A stretch of DNA of 64,000 nucleotides from Nitrospirota bacterium (GTDB lineage: Bacteria > Nitrospirota > UBA9217). The notes under the pieces are model-generated. The model ran no database searches. It worked only from the letters and a program-made list of their open reading frames with translations, and had not been told where the DNA came from. Below are positions 31,103 through 42,011 of the stretch, piece by piece. The first letter of the stretch is position 1; each line of letters begins with the position of its first letter. The position numbers and the translations under genes are program-made. The stretch lies in assembly GCA_963749655.1 (NCBI GenBank), contig CAVVOB010000012.1, positions 192,001 to 256,000 on the forward strand. Direction: 5' to 3'.

Positions 31103-34100
31103 ATGTCAGAATCGAACCTTTCATTATTCCATCCCCTCATCAGACAGTGGTTCAGGGAGAAGGTCGGCGCTCCCACCGAGGTCCAGGAGAAGTCCTGGCC
31201 CGCGATTGCCCGGGGCAGCCACGTGCTCGTGACCGCGCCCACGGGCTGCGGCAAGACGCTGGCCGCTTTTCTCTGGGCCGATCAACCAGCTCATTACGGG
31301 AACCTGGACCGACGGCAAAGTCCGCGTCCTCTATATCTCTCCGCTCAAAGCACTGAACAACGACGTGCAGCGAAACCTGCTTGAAGCCGCTTCAGGAGCT
31401 TGCGGGAATCATTTCGCCAGCGCGGGAGAAGCCTTCCCGGAACATCAACGTCATGACCCGGAGCGGGGACACGCCCGGCGAAGAACGCAGAAGAATGGTC
31501 CGCAGGCCGCCGGAGATCCTGATCACCACGCCCGAGTCCCTGAACCTGCTCCTGACCTCCCGGAGCGGGCGCTCGATGCTGACCGGCATTGCGACGGTGA
31601 TCCTCGACGAGATCCATGCAGTCGTCGGAACCAAGCGCGGCACGCACCTGATCACCGCCGTCGACCGGCTCGTTCCTCTTAGCGGCGACTTCCAGCGCAT
31701 CGCGCTTTCCGCAACGGTCAATCCCGTGGAGCGGGTCGCTGAGTTCGTGGGAGGCTTCCGGAAGATCGGGAAGGGCAGGGACAGTCATTTCGAAAAGCGC
31801 CCTGTTTCCGTGATCCAGTCCCGCCAGGCAAAGGCCTACGAGATCGTCGTCTCCTTCCCGCCTGATGCGCGGGAGAAGATGGTGGATGGCTCCTGGTGGC
31901 CTGCGCTCATCGATGCGTTCAAGGAGATCATCAACCAGCACCGCTCGACCCTGTTCTTCGCGAACAGCAGGAGGACCACGGAAAAGGTGACGCGGCTGAT
32001 CAATGAGGCCGAGAGGAGATCCGAGCTTGCCTATGCCCACCACGGCTCGCTCTCCCGCGAGATCCGGCTGGCCGTGGAGCAGAAGCTGAAGAACGGCGAG
32101 CTCAGGGCCATCGTGGCCACGAACTCGCTCGAACTGGGCATCGACATCGGCGCGCTCGACTCGGTCGTGCTGATCCAGACGCCGCGGTCGGTCTCGTCGG
32201 CGCTCCAGCGCATCGGACGGTCAGGCCACTCCGTGGGGGAGAAGAGCAGGGGACTTCTTTTCCCGACGCACGGACGGGATTTCGTCGACGCGGCGGTCAT
32301 GGCGCGGGCAAGCCTGGACCAGGACATCGAAGAGGTGCATCCCATCGAAGCGCCGCTCGATATCCTGGCGCAGATCATCCTCTCGATGTGCTCCATGGAG
32401 AAGTGGGACATCGACGAGCTCTACGCGTTCCTTAAAACCAGCTATCCCTACCGCGAACTGCCGCGCAAGCATTTCGACATCGTGCTCGAAATGCTCTCGG
32501 GCCGCTACGCCGACAGCCGGCTGCGGGAGCTCAAGGCCCGGGTGTCCCTCGACAAGGTGGACAATACGATCCAGGCCCACAGTGAAGTTCCCTACCTTAT
32601 CTATACCTCCGGCGGGACGATCCCCGAGCGCGGCTACTTCGACCTGCGGCTCAAGGACACCCGGGCAAAGATCGGCGAGCTCGATGAGGAATTCGTGTGG
32701 GAGCGGTCCATCGGCGAGACCTTTACCCTGGGCACCCAGCTCTGGCGGATCGAGAAGATCACGCACAACGACGTGGAGGTCGTGCCGGTCCGCTCGGCAA
32801 CGGGCATCTTCCCGTTCTGGAAAGCGGAGCAGCAGGACCGCGATTTTCATTTCTCCGAGCTGATCGGTCTCTTCCTCGAACACGCGGACAGCGTCGCTCG
32901 ACGCTCCCGATTTCCGGCAGGAGCTCCGCACCCGCTATGTCATGGAAGAGGCGGCTGCGGACGAGCTCATCGGATTTTTGAAGCTCCAGAAAGAAGCCAC
33001 GGGAACGAATCTTCCGCACCGTCATCATCTTTTGATCGAGCACGTGGAGGAGCCGGGGGACGCGGGCGATTTCAAGCAGGTGATCCTGCACACCTTCTGG
33101 GGCGGAAGGGTGAACCGTCCCTTTGCCCTGGCCCTGGCGCAGGCATGGGAAGAGAAGAACCGGAGTGCGCTTGCAGTTTATCGAGAACGACGATGCGATC
33201 CTGCTCATGCTGCCGCGCGAGTTCGAGGCTCCATGATCTTTTTTCGCTCCTGACGCCGGAGAACGTGGAGGCGTTTCTCAGAAAGCGGCTGGAGCAGACG
33301 GGCTTCTTCGGCGCCCGGTTCCGGGAGAATGCCGAGCGGGCGCTTCTGCTGCCGAAATCGAGCTTCAAGCGGAGGATGCCGCTCTGGGTCATCCGGCTCC
33401 GGTCCAAGGAGCTGCTTGCAGCAGTCCATTCCTACGAGGACTTTCCGATCCTGCTCGAAACGTGGCGCACCTGTCTTGAGGACGAGTTCGATCTCCAGCA
33501 TGTCAAGACGATGCTCGACGAAGCTCCAGACCGGCGTCGATCCGCGTCAGCGAGACCGTGACCCGCGTTGCCTCTCCCTTTGCCGGAAATCTTGTCTGGA
33601 AGCAGACGAACAAGTACATGTACGAGGACGATACGCCGGTCCTTGCCAAAGGAGTCGGCGCTCCGGCCTGATCTGATCAAGGAGCTGCTGTTCTCGACCC
33701 ACCTGCGGCCGAAGATCCCGGCGAGGTGATCAGTATCCTTGACGGGAAGCTCAAGCGTACGGCCCCGGGATATGCGCCGGCATCGGCTGTTGAGCTTCTG
33801 GACTGGGTGAAGGAACGGCTGCTCATCCCGGAGCCGGAGTGGAAGGAACTGGCGCTCGCGATCAGGAGGGACCTTGAACAGGACGCGAGGCGAGTGGCTC
33901 GTCATCGCAGTCACGCAAGCTGTTCTGGATAAGCTGGCCCGGGGTCAGGCACCCGCTTCTCTGCGCTCTCGAAATACTGCCGAAGGTGGTCGTTGCCTTC
34001 CGGCTTCATACGGACGTCCTCGAGATCAGGCCGGTGACCAGCGGACGAAAAAGCGGACACGGTCAGGCGCCGGGTCATGTCCTTTCTCCGGGCCGTCCCG

Positions 34101-35591
34101 GAGTCGATCAGGACCGCGGAGGAGTACGACCTTACGGCTTTCTTGCCGAGTGGCTGGCCTTTTACGGGCCCGTGGAGAAGGAGGAGCTTGTCTCCACTGC
34201 TCGGCATAACCATGGAACGGATCGACGAAGCGATCGAACCGCTGATCGAGTCGCAGGACCTCGGTCATGGACCGCTTCGGAGAGGAGAGCCGCGTCACTC
34301 GAAATCTGCGACAGCGGAAATCTTGAGATCCTGCTGCGCATGGCACGGCGGTACCGCCAGCCGACCTTCGAGCCCCTTCCGCTGGAGAGACTGCCGCTGT
34401 TTCTGGCAGCATGGCAGGGCATCGCCCGGTCGGGAGAATCCCTGGAGGACCTGCAGCAAAGGCTCGAGCAGCTCTTCGGATGGCCCGCGCCGGTGAATGC
34501 CTGGGAGGAATATATCCTTCCCGCCCGCATGCAGGTCTACCGGAGCGAATGGCTGGACAAGCTCATGAATTCTACCGACCTCATCTGGTTCGGCTGCGGA
34601 AAGAAACGGATCAGCCTTGCTTTCAGCCAGGACCTGGAGCTCTTCCGTCCCGCGGGAGCGGGCGAACAGGACGGCGAGCTCAGCCACCTCATCCCTGACC
34701 GCCGCGGCAAGTACAGTTTCCTGGAGATGACCGAGTTCGCGCACCTGGACACGGTCCATGCCACGGAGCTTTTGTGGAAGGAAGCCTGGAAGGGGAATGT
34801 GACGAGCGATTCGTTCCGCACGATCAGAAGGGGCGTCATGACGGGCTTCTCTGCCCAGACCTTCAGCGATGAGGCGAGGCAGACCTCGCGCAGGTCCGGG
34901 TTCAACCGGTGGAAGGTCTCCCGGCCGCTGGAAGGGAACTGGCACCGGATCGATTCGCTGCCGAACGGGAACGAAAAGGACCTGCTGTCTGAGACGAGGA
35001 GCTGGTGAAGGACCGCATCCGTCAGCTCCTGAAGCGCTACGGCGTCCTGTTCCGTCGCGACTTCTCGAGAACGAGCTTCCGCCTCTCCAGTGGCGGGCGA
35101 TCTTCCGGTCGCTCCGTCTCATGGAGCTTTCCGGCGAGGTGCTGTCAGGCTACTTTTTCGACGGCGTTCCCGGGCCGCAGTTCGTCTCCCACGAAGCCTT
35201 CCGCATGCTCCAGGAGCCGCAGCCGAAAACGCTGTCTACTGGATCAATGCGGCCGACCCTGCATCTTTCTGCGGCCTGGGACTTTCGTCGCTCCGGGCTT
35301 CCCTCGCGCATCGCCTCGACGCATCTCGTGTACCACGGCACCAGGCTCGTGATGGTCTCGAAGCGCTCGGGAAAGAACCTCGAGATCATGGTCCGGCCCG
35401 ATGATCAGCATATGGCTGAGTATTTCAAGCTGTTCAAGGACCTGCTCTCCCGCGAGTTCAACCCGCTCCAGAAGATTGTCATCGAGACGATCAACGGAGA
35501 ATCGGCTGCCCAGAGTCCCTTTGCCGCGGCGCTCAGGCAGTTCGGGTTCCGGTCTGCGAGGAGCGCGCTGGAGTTGTGGAGGGAGTATTAG
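31103..35591 (+). CDS. lhr: Lhr-like DEAD/H-box helicase (many frameshifts)
   Basis: APTGCGKT, YISPLKALNND, RSGDTP, ITTPESL, DEIH, HHGSLS, SLELGIDIG, QRIGRSGH, LDEEFV; C-terminal LL.RYGV and LRLMELSGE..SGYF. Confidence 0.85.
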
Positions 35592-35660
35592 GATGAGACC
35601 GTGAGTGTCGGACAAATACGGCTTGTGGGGTTTATCAGGGAAAGGCTGGTCCGGACAGCT

Positions 35661-35754
35661 TGTAGGTTGGGCTGAACGCTTTAGATGTGAAGCCCAACGC
35701 ATTATGATTGAGAAAAGTTGGGCACTGTGGACCTTTTTGCCCAACCTACGAACT
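35661..35754. repeat. GTAG-type REP doublet (REPIN-like), copy 1
   Basis: GTAGGTTGGGC...GCCCAAC...GTTGGGC...GCCCAACCTAC. Confidence 0.85.
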
Positions 35755-35818
35755 ACGTCCCCAAAGTTTCGCGGAGTTACTAAGGAGTCAAAATCTACGC
35801 AAAATGGCAAGAATATTT

Positions 35819-35927
35819 TCGCGCAAAGCCGCAAAGGCGCCAAGAAAGGCGCAAAGAGAGGCTCAGGCTTCTGGTTTTAAACCATAGACTTAAAGGTTTT
35901 CTTTGCGTCCTTCGCGTCTTCGCGGTT
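35819..35927. repeat. Palindromic element with 9-mer periodic arms
   Basis: cgcgcaaagccgcaaaggcgccaagaaaggcgcaaag ... ctttgcgtccttcgcgtcttcgcggtt. Confidence 0.8.
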
Positions 35928-35961
35928 CAAAGGTTGTTTCCGGCTTGTCCGGGTTAGGTTA

Positions 35962-37317
35962 TTACCTCACCACCTTCGCAAGTGGTACGACGACTCGAAG
36001 CCCGAGTAAGGGCAACTCGTCCGCTTTTGCTCCACCAGGGAGTACGATTTCAAGGTGATAGGAAGCTGCGGGATCAGGCGGACCAAATTCGAAGGCGGCT
36101 TTCTCCATGGCAGCAGCCAGGGTGCAGCTCAAGCCGGACGTTGATGCCGAGGTGCAATCGCTGTCATCCTTTCCGGAAGTGAGTATGGTCTGCATAAGCC
36201 GCAGGGGCCTCATGACCGGCACGCTGTTGGCTGGGGTCGTTGAGAGGCTTGCGACGATCCTGACAGGGACACTCGGTGTCAGCCCGCTGGATGCGCTTAA
36301 AAGCGGCGCTGTCAGGTCCGAAAATAGCCGCGCTAAATATGCGGCGAGAGGCGCGGCTGGTTTTCCCGCTGTTATGTCCAGCTGTGTTATGATCTGGATT
36401 CTGGGGCTCAGGTCTGACGGAAAAGAAACCGCAACAGACTTGGCCTGTGGAGATTGCTCGAACGAGAGTGCCACCTGTGCTTTGGCATCGCGTAACGCGT
36501 CGAGCCCCTTAAAGGTCACCCGCCGCGTGAGGTCCGACGCCCCGTTCTCATCAATAGCGATCACAGCGCCGGGCGCATCGGGCTCAGCCGCGGAAATCTC
36601 GGCATAAACCCGTCTTTTTTTGTACTGTTCCGTCACCGTGTAGTGATAGGTCCTTGAGGGAATTCGGTCATCCACGGAAGTCAGTTTCAGCTCCACCTTC
36701 GTCACAACCGGGCAGTTGGTCGGCGGGATAGCCAGGGACCGGTATGTGACGCCGTATGTCCAGAGGGCGAGGCTGCTTAAATGGTCGCCGTTTTCCAATT
36801 GTCTCGCGGCCGACTGTGCAACCAATTGGGGCGTATCAAAGGGAGTGAACCATGGCTCTATCAATTGACCTGACGAGCTCCAGGCCGCAATGGTGCGATT
36901 AGTATGAACGACGGTCGGGCTGTCTTTCGACGGCATCACTTTCACGGAGCGCAGGTAAAGGCCCCCTGGCAGACAAGGGCCGGAGTAAGGCAAAAAAATG
37001 AGATCGACGGAAAAGAAGGAGTCCTTCGCACGGTTCGAATAGCTGAGCTCATTGGAGCCCGGAAAGAGGCGTGTCGAGAGGTGGTGTTCGGAACCGAAGG
37101 AAAAATCCACTTTGGCGCTGTTATACTGTGGTGCCAGGACCGTCGTCGTGATCACTAAACCTTCAAGGTTGTGCGTGCTGATAATGGGAGGAGAGGAACT
37201 TTCCGGAAGCGTTTCCGGAGCCGGGGCGCCGGCGACAGCCCGGGAAGAGAGGACCAGGAAGGCGCCGAGAGCCGCCAATATTCCGCGCAAGCAATTCAAA
37301 AGGGGGAGAGATTTCAT
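35962..37317 (-). CDS. Hypothetical secreted protein
   Basis: Long ORF (up to 484 aa from 37416) with a signal-peptide-like segment; no family recognised. Confidence 0.65.
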   Translation of the reverse strand: MKSLPLLNCLRGILAALGAFLVLSSRAVAGAPAPETLPESSSPPIISTHNLEGLVITTTVLAPQYNSAKVDFSFGSEHHLSTRLFPGSNELSYSNRAKDSFFSVDLIFLPYSGPCLPGGLYLRSVKVMPSKDSPTVVHTNRTIAAWSSSGQLIEPWFTPFDTPQLVAQSAARQLENGDHLSSLALWTYGVTYRSLAIPPTNCPVVTKVELKLTSVDDRIPSRTYHYTVTEQYKKRRVYAEISAAEPDAPGAVIAIDENGASDLTRRVTFKGLDALRDAKAQVALSFEQSPQAKSVAVSFPSDLSPRIQIITQLDITAGKPAAPLAAYLARLFSDLTAPLLSASSGLTPSVPVRIVASLSTTPANSVPVMRPLRLMQTILTSGKDDSDCTSASTSGLSCTLAAAMEKAAFEFGPPDPAASYHLEIVLPGGAKADELPLLGLRVVVPLAKVVR

Positions 37318-37450
37318 AGAACATTCCGGTTGGGGAGAGCGGAACGAAGTCCGACAGAATTCATTGCTGTTCCTGATTACTTTTATGCAGGTCGCGACGA
37401 TGTAGACTGGTCTCATGATTTGCCTTTCCCCTTGTATTGCAGCTTAGCTT

Positions 37451-37543
37451 GTAGGTTGGGCTGAACGCTTTACATGTAAAGCCCAACGCATCATGATTGA
37501 GAAATGTTGGGCAGTGTGGAGCTTTTTGCCCAAACTACGAACT
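37451..37543. repeat. REPIN-like element, copy 2
   Basis: Near-identical to 35661-35754. Confidence 0.9.
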
Positions 37544-37801
37544 GATCTTTAAAGTGAGTTTATTGCCGGTTATTTGATATGTCCCACTATAGAAATCACC
37601 ACCTTCGTAATTTGAATCTGTTTTAAAAGTGTTGTCTGGTGTAAATTTGAAATACAAGCCTAATTCGCCTATATCCGGCCCCCATACATTGTTCATTAGA
37701 TAATTCTTCGTCAGCACATCTGCTGCGCTGCCAACTTTCGAAGAAATCACCGACACAAACATCGCAAGGATCAAAAATAAAAAATTTGTAGTTCTAGCCA
37801 T
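37535..37801 (-). CDS. Low-GC secreted protein, probably truncated
   Basis: GGAGAGG RBS and signal peptide; the stop codon lies inside the repeat end. Confidence 0.6.
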   Translation of the reverse strand: MARTTNFLFLILAMFVSVISSKVGSAADVLTKNYLMNNVWGPDIGELGLYFKFTPDNTFKTDSNYEGGDFYSGTYQITGNKLTLKISS

Positions 37802-37841
37802 GACCTCTCCCTTACAAAATTAACAAAATAACTGGTAACTT

Positions 37842-37934
37842 GTAGGTTGGGCTGAACGCCTTACATGTGAAGCCCAACGCATCATGATTGAGAAATGTTG
37901 GGCAGTGTGGAGCTTTTTGCCCAACCTACGAACT
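37842..37934. repeat. REPIN-like element, copy 3
   Basis: Near-identical to copy 2. Confidence 0.9.
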
Positions 37935-38135
37935 TCACGCTGCAGGTCGGGTCGCGTTTGTGACCCGACAGCTGCTCTGAAAGCCTGAACCGGCAAAGAA
38001 GGGAAAATATTTTACCTCCACTTTACACTCTTCTCTTTACTTTAACGAACGTGGAAGTCGGCGAGCTTGCGAATTAAGCGCAGAGGAAGTGGTTCATCCA
38101 AAAGAAACTGGATTCTGCCCTTCGAGATGTTTCGC

Positions 38136-38208
38136 TTACGTTTTCGAGCTTAGTAGGCCCACAAGTCAGTCGGCTTAACTTTGAAATTATCGTTAAACAA
38201 ATATGCAG
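38136..38208 (-). repeat. Duplicate of the 3' end of the DUF4395 gene
   Basis: Matches 38361-38434 with 2 substitutions and 1 deletion. Confidence 0.9.
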
Positions 38209-38211
38209 CTG

Positions 38212-38319
38212 GTAGGTCGGGTAGAGCGAAGCGAAACCCGACATTTTCAGTTCATTATCTGTGCGAATATACTAGCATACAGGCGTCGGGTTTCACAAAA
38301 AACGTTCTACTCGACATAC
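38212..38319. repeat. REPIN-like element, GTAGGTCGGG variant
   Basis: gtaggtcgggtagagcgaagcgaaacccgac ... gtcgggtttc...tactcgacatac. Confidence 0.75.
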
Positions 38320-38360
38320 CCGGCTACCTCATACAAACCGTCACAAGGCCGCTGCCCCAA

Positions 38361-39017
38361 TTACGTTTTCGAGCTTAGTATGGCCCACAAGTCAGTCGGC
38401 TTAACTTTAAAATTATCGTTAAATAAATATGCAGTAAAAAAAACAAAGACAATAAAGCTGGCAAGAATGCCGATCTGCTTCGTCGATATTTTCTGAATTT
38501 CCTGTCTGGCTTTTGCATCGCATATTTCACCAGGGCAATACTGCGCTTTCTCCCTATAAAACCAGCCGTAGAACAGGCACCCTAAACAAATGCCGAAGGC
38601 GGATTCGAAAAACAGGAATATCAGGCAGGTTAGACAGATCAAACCCGTGATGATGCTGTAGGAATTTACGATCACCATGAGAAGGAACATGATTGACGCC
38701 AAAACCAGACCTATCACCCAGGCGAACTTTTTCTGAGGCGCGCCGACGTATTCGGGATTCTGCCTGCGCACAATCAACCGGCCGATGATCAGGGTTGGAG
38801 AAAATCGTGGATTGACGAAGACACGGATTATGAAATCTGCGAGAAAGATGGTGATAATGTACTTGATCATTAGAAAGTTTTCTTTGAAGATTATCAGCAT
38901 TAAAGCTATAAACATAAATAAAAAGAGAATTCCTGCCGATGCCCGTACTTCACGCTCATTCAGGACCGGAATCTTAAAGCCTTCTACCGTTTCGCCGAAT
39001 TGTATCGCTTTGTTCAT
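38361..39017 (-). CDS. DUF4395-family membrane protein
   Basis: NEREVRASAG, PQKKFAW.IG, FESAFGICLGC, CPGEIC. Confidence 0.8.
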   Translation of the reverse strand: MNKAIQFGETVEGFKIPVLNEREVRASAGILFLFMFIALMLIIFKENFLMIKYIITIFLADFIIRVFVNPRFSPTLIIGRLIVRRQNPEYVGAPQKKFAWVIGLVLASIMFLLMVIVNSYSIITGLICLTCLIFLFFESAFGICLGCLFYGWFYREKAQYCPGEICDAKARQEIQKISTKQIGILASFIVFVFFTAYLFNDNFKVKPTDLWAILSSKT

Positions 39018-39066
39018 TTTGCTCTCCTGTTCGTGGTAAGATTGAAATTCAGAGAGATAAAAGTTT

Positions 39067-39142
39067 GTAGGTTGGGCTACGCATCATAGCCCAACATTTT
39101 TTGAATTCTGTTGGGCAAGGTAAGGCTTTTTGCCCAACCTAC
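39067..39142. repeat. REPIN-like element, copy 4 (diverged)
   Basis: gtaggttgggct..agcccaac...gttgggca...tgcccaacctac. Confidence 0.8.
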
Positions 39143-39320
39143 GGTCTCATCCTGACGGATCACTTACGATACCTAAGCGAATATATGCGTGGCCTGGGGA
39201 AATGTCAACGACATTGATGGGGTATTTTAAGGGTATTCGGGAGAAGTCTGGAAATCGGGATGCATCAAGCCGACGAGCTGTGGGGTCTGTCCGGGTCGAA
39301 AATGTTTACTTCGGCTGCTG

Positions 39321-39620
39321 TCAGTCCAGCGTATCGTTAAAATACTTCCGGTGCGCCTCGCAGCGGCACTTTTTGTCCCACGGTTCGAAGCAGTGACCTA
39401 TGAGCTCTATTCTTTCATCTCCCTCCTGCTTTGACAGGGGGCCGTTGACACTCACCGTCTCTGTGCCGGTAAAGTCATCCCACCAGGTCACGACGGTGTA
39501 CACCTTGCACAGAGGACAGAGAAAATAGACGTCCGTATGCTCGTCGCCCATGATGCTGCCCGAGATGGAGGCGATCCGCTCTGCATCCAGAAAGGGCCTG
39601 CTGCATTGAGTGCACTGCAT
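39321..39620 (-). CDS. Small Cys-rich (zinc-ribbon-like) protein
   Basis: CxxC, CxxC and C..CxCxxH; GAGG RBS. Confidence 0.7.
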   Translation of the reverse strand: MQCTQCSRPFLDAERIASISGSIMGDEHTDVYFLCPLCKVYTVVTWWDDFTGTETVSVNGPLSKQEGDERIELIGHCFEPWDKKCRCEAHRKYFNDTLD

Positions 39621-39624
39621 CAGT

Positions 39625-39993
39625 TCACCTCATATCCTTCAGCATATCGCCGTCGGACAGGAAATAGATAATGCAGATCCCGATGACTATTACCCCCCAG
39701 CCGCCATATACCACTGCCTGCTCATGGGCCTGAAACCACTTGACGAAAATAAACGCGCCATTGCCGATTTTCAGCTGCAGGACGATGAATAACCGCACCG
39801 CGAGCGGGACGATTGCAAAAGCCATGGTGCAGAACAATACAAGGTATGCTAATGTTATGGCATCAGTGCCTTTGGGCCCGATCTTTTCCTCGCTTAAGAT
39901 CCCGTTGGATTCGAGAATATTGACAATGATCGCGCCAAGGACCATAAGTCCAAATGAGGAGCCAAGGATGATCAGGTAGATTTTGGTATTCAT
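39625..39993 (-). CDS. Small membrane protein (3 TM)
   Basis: GGAGG RBS, hydrophobic segments. Confidence 0.7.
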   Translation of the reverse strand: MNTKIYLIILGSSFGLMVLGAIIVNILESNGILSEEKIGPKGTDAITLAYLVLFCTMAFAIVPLAVRLFIVLQLKIGNGAFIFVKWFQAHEQAVVYGGWGVIVIGICIIYFLSDGDMLKDMR

Positions 39994-40227
39994 GGGGCCT
40001 CCTCGAAAAACAATCTATGTCGCGAAGAGCCATTGACTTCAATTGAAGAATTTTCTATGGTTACCCTATCGATCTGCTATCATCTAAAGAATATCATAAA
40101 TAGGGAAGAAAAATGACCTCCCCCGTCATTCCTGCGCAGGCAGGAAACCAGGCTGTCACGGGTCCTCGTTTCACGGGGATGACAAATCAGGCTGCAAGTG
40201 CGGCTTTTAAATGCTGAAGATTATTGT

Positions 40228-40950
40228 ATGAACGTTATTCACAAAATATGCCGTCCTGACGGCTTAAAGACGATCGTGAGCGCAGGCGCCTTCCTTCTCT
40301 GCTCAGCCGCTGCAATCGGTTTAGCAGGCCAGGACCTTTCCTCGCCCGATTCTGTTGACGCCAAGCGCGCGGTGACCATTGAATACAGCGCCCTGAATCA
40401 CGCAACCTCTTATACTGCTTCCAGCGGAGACTGCTCCATCACCTGGATCGCCTACGACAACGGGCCCAACCAGGGCATCATCAAGCACTCGCCCCGATGC
40501 GATGCGCCCATGGAGTTGCAGATTTCACTTATGACAAAGATCTGCACGGCGTTCTTCGGCCATGACAAGAATGCCCGAACATATCGAACATTGTTCTGGG
40601 GCGGGCTTGAAGCAGAACAAAAACCTGCTTCCCAGGATCTGCAGTTCAGGCTCGCGCTGGCAGCATATCGATCACCCGGGTGGGATGCTCGGAAGGGGAA
40701 GCCGAAAAACGGGGACATCAACGGGTTCATAAGGAAGCTTGCGAACGAGACGCCGATCTACCGGGAACTGCAGGAGCTGTTTCGCGGTTTTGATATGCAG
40801 ATAAAGCTCGCGAGTGTGGAGAAGGTCAGGGTCCTGGAAGCGGGGAAGCTTCCGTTTTACAGCCGGCTCAGACAGCAGGGGGTCGCGGCAACAGACAGGC
40901 TGCCCTTCGACTGTATGGCATGGTTTTCCTTATCAGTCCTTTCCCAATAG
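40228..40950 (+). CDS. Hypothetical secreted protein
   Basis: Signal-peptide-like segment; ORF of about 240 aa. Confidence 0.65.
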   Translation: MNVIHKICRPDGLKTIVSAGAFLLCSAAAIGLAGQDLSSPDSVDAKRAVTIEYSALNHATSYTASSGDCSITWIAYDNGPNQGIIKHSPRCDAPMELQISLMTKICTAFFGHDKNARTYRTLFWGGLEAEQKPASQDLQFRLALAAYRSPGWDARKGKPKNGDINGFIRKLANETPIYRELQELFRGFDMQIKLASVEKVRVLEAGKLPFYSRLRQQGVAATDRLPFDCMAWFSLSVLSQ

Positions 40951-41069
40951 AAATCTGCCGGCAAAGGTTCTAACCTTTTTAAACAAGAAACCGTTTTTGA
41001 TTTTCTTTGCGGGTTTTGCGCGAGATAAGTTTTTCTTTTCTATTTATGATATTCTCCAAGGAGGCGGCA

Positions 41070-41483
41070 GTGGATCAGGAATTCAAACTGGGAATCACTG
41101 AGATAGACAATCAGCATGAGGAGCTGCTTGAGCGCATGGAGCTGTTGCGCGATTACATGAGAAGGGGACAGAGCAGGGACGCTATTCGCGATACCCTGAA
41201 GTTTCTGGAAACATATGTAGTGGAGCATTTCGCCACCGAGGTCAAATACATGAACCGGTACGGCTATCCGGGCATTATCCAGCACAAGGCCGAGCACGAA
41301 ACGTTCCTCAGGGACTTTACCGCCTTCAAGGAAAGGTTCACATCCATGCAGGCGCAAGGGGACATCACAACCTTCCTGGGTCTCGAAATCGTGCGCAAAC
41401 TCAATGCCTGGTTCACAAATCATATCGCCACGGTCGATATGACAATGGGCGAGTTCCTGGCGAAGAAGATGGGGGCGAAGTAA
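41070..41483 (+). CDS. Bacteriohemerythrin
   Basis: GITEIDNQH, HFATE, HKAEH, WFTNHI...D; AGGAGG before the GTG start. Confidence 0.9.
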   Translation: MDQEFKLGITEIDNQHEELLERMELLRDYMRRGQSRDAIRDTLKFLETYVVEHFATEVKYMNRYGYPGIIQHKAEHETFLRDFTAFKERFTSMQAQGDITTFLGLEIVRKLNAWFTNHIATVDMTMGEFLAKKMGAK

Positions 41484-41693
41484 GGGAACGTGATTGTAAA
41501 CGTTCAAGGTGAAACGGGAAAAGGGAAAAGAAAATCGTTGTTGGGAGCTCCATCCCGTTCGTCACCCGATCCTGGTGCACTGAGTAAGGAACAGACGGTA
41601 AACCTGGATTTTGCCTTGATTTTCCTCTGATTCCCCGTATATAATGTCGCTTCGCGGCTGAATCCCGGCCTTGCAATGAGGTATAATCATCCC

Positions 41694-41921
41694 ATGGCGG
41701 AAAAAAAATTCGAAGCGGCGATGGAGCGTCTTGAGGAGATTGTCCAGGACCTCGAAAAAGGCGACCTTCCCCTTGAACAATCGCTGAAACTGTTCGAGGA
41801 GGGCGTCAAGCTTTCCCGCATCTGCACGAAACGGCTGGACGAAGCGGAACGTAAGGTGGAGATCCTGGTCAAGGACAAGAACGGAACGATCAAGGCCGAG
41901 CCGTTCGAGGAAGAGGAGTAA
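41694..41921 (+). CDS. xseB: Exodeoxyribonuclease VII small subunit
   Basis: FEAAMERLEEIV..LE.GDLPLEQSL..FEEG; upstream of ispA-dxs. Confidence 0.95.
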   Translation: MAEKKFEAAMERLEEIVQDLEKGDLPLEQSLKLFEEGVKLSRICTKRLDEAERKVEILVKDKNGTIKAEPFEEEE

Positions 41922-41923
41922 TT

Positions 41924-42000
<77 letters not shown>

Positions 42001-42011
42001 CCGAGTTAATC

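Noticed and set aside
38136-38434. Diversity-generating retroelement TR/VR pair
   Set aside because: The differences are not at template adenines on the coding strand, they are synonymous, and no reverse transcriptase is in the window.
35661-39142. Integron attC sites (GCCCAAC/GTTGGGC fit RYYYAAC/GTTRRRY)
   Set aside because: The correctly ordered pair spans only about 32 bp, the elements begin GTAG and end CTAC like REP doublets, and no intI is present.
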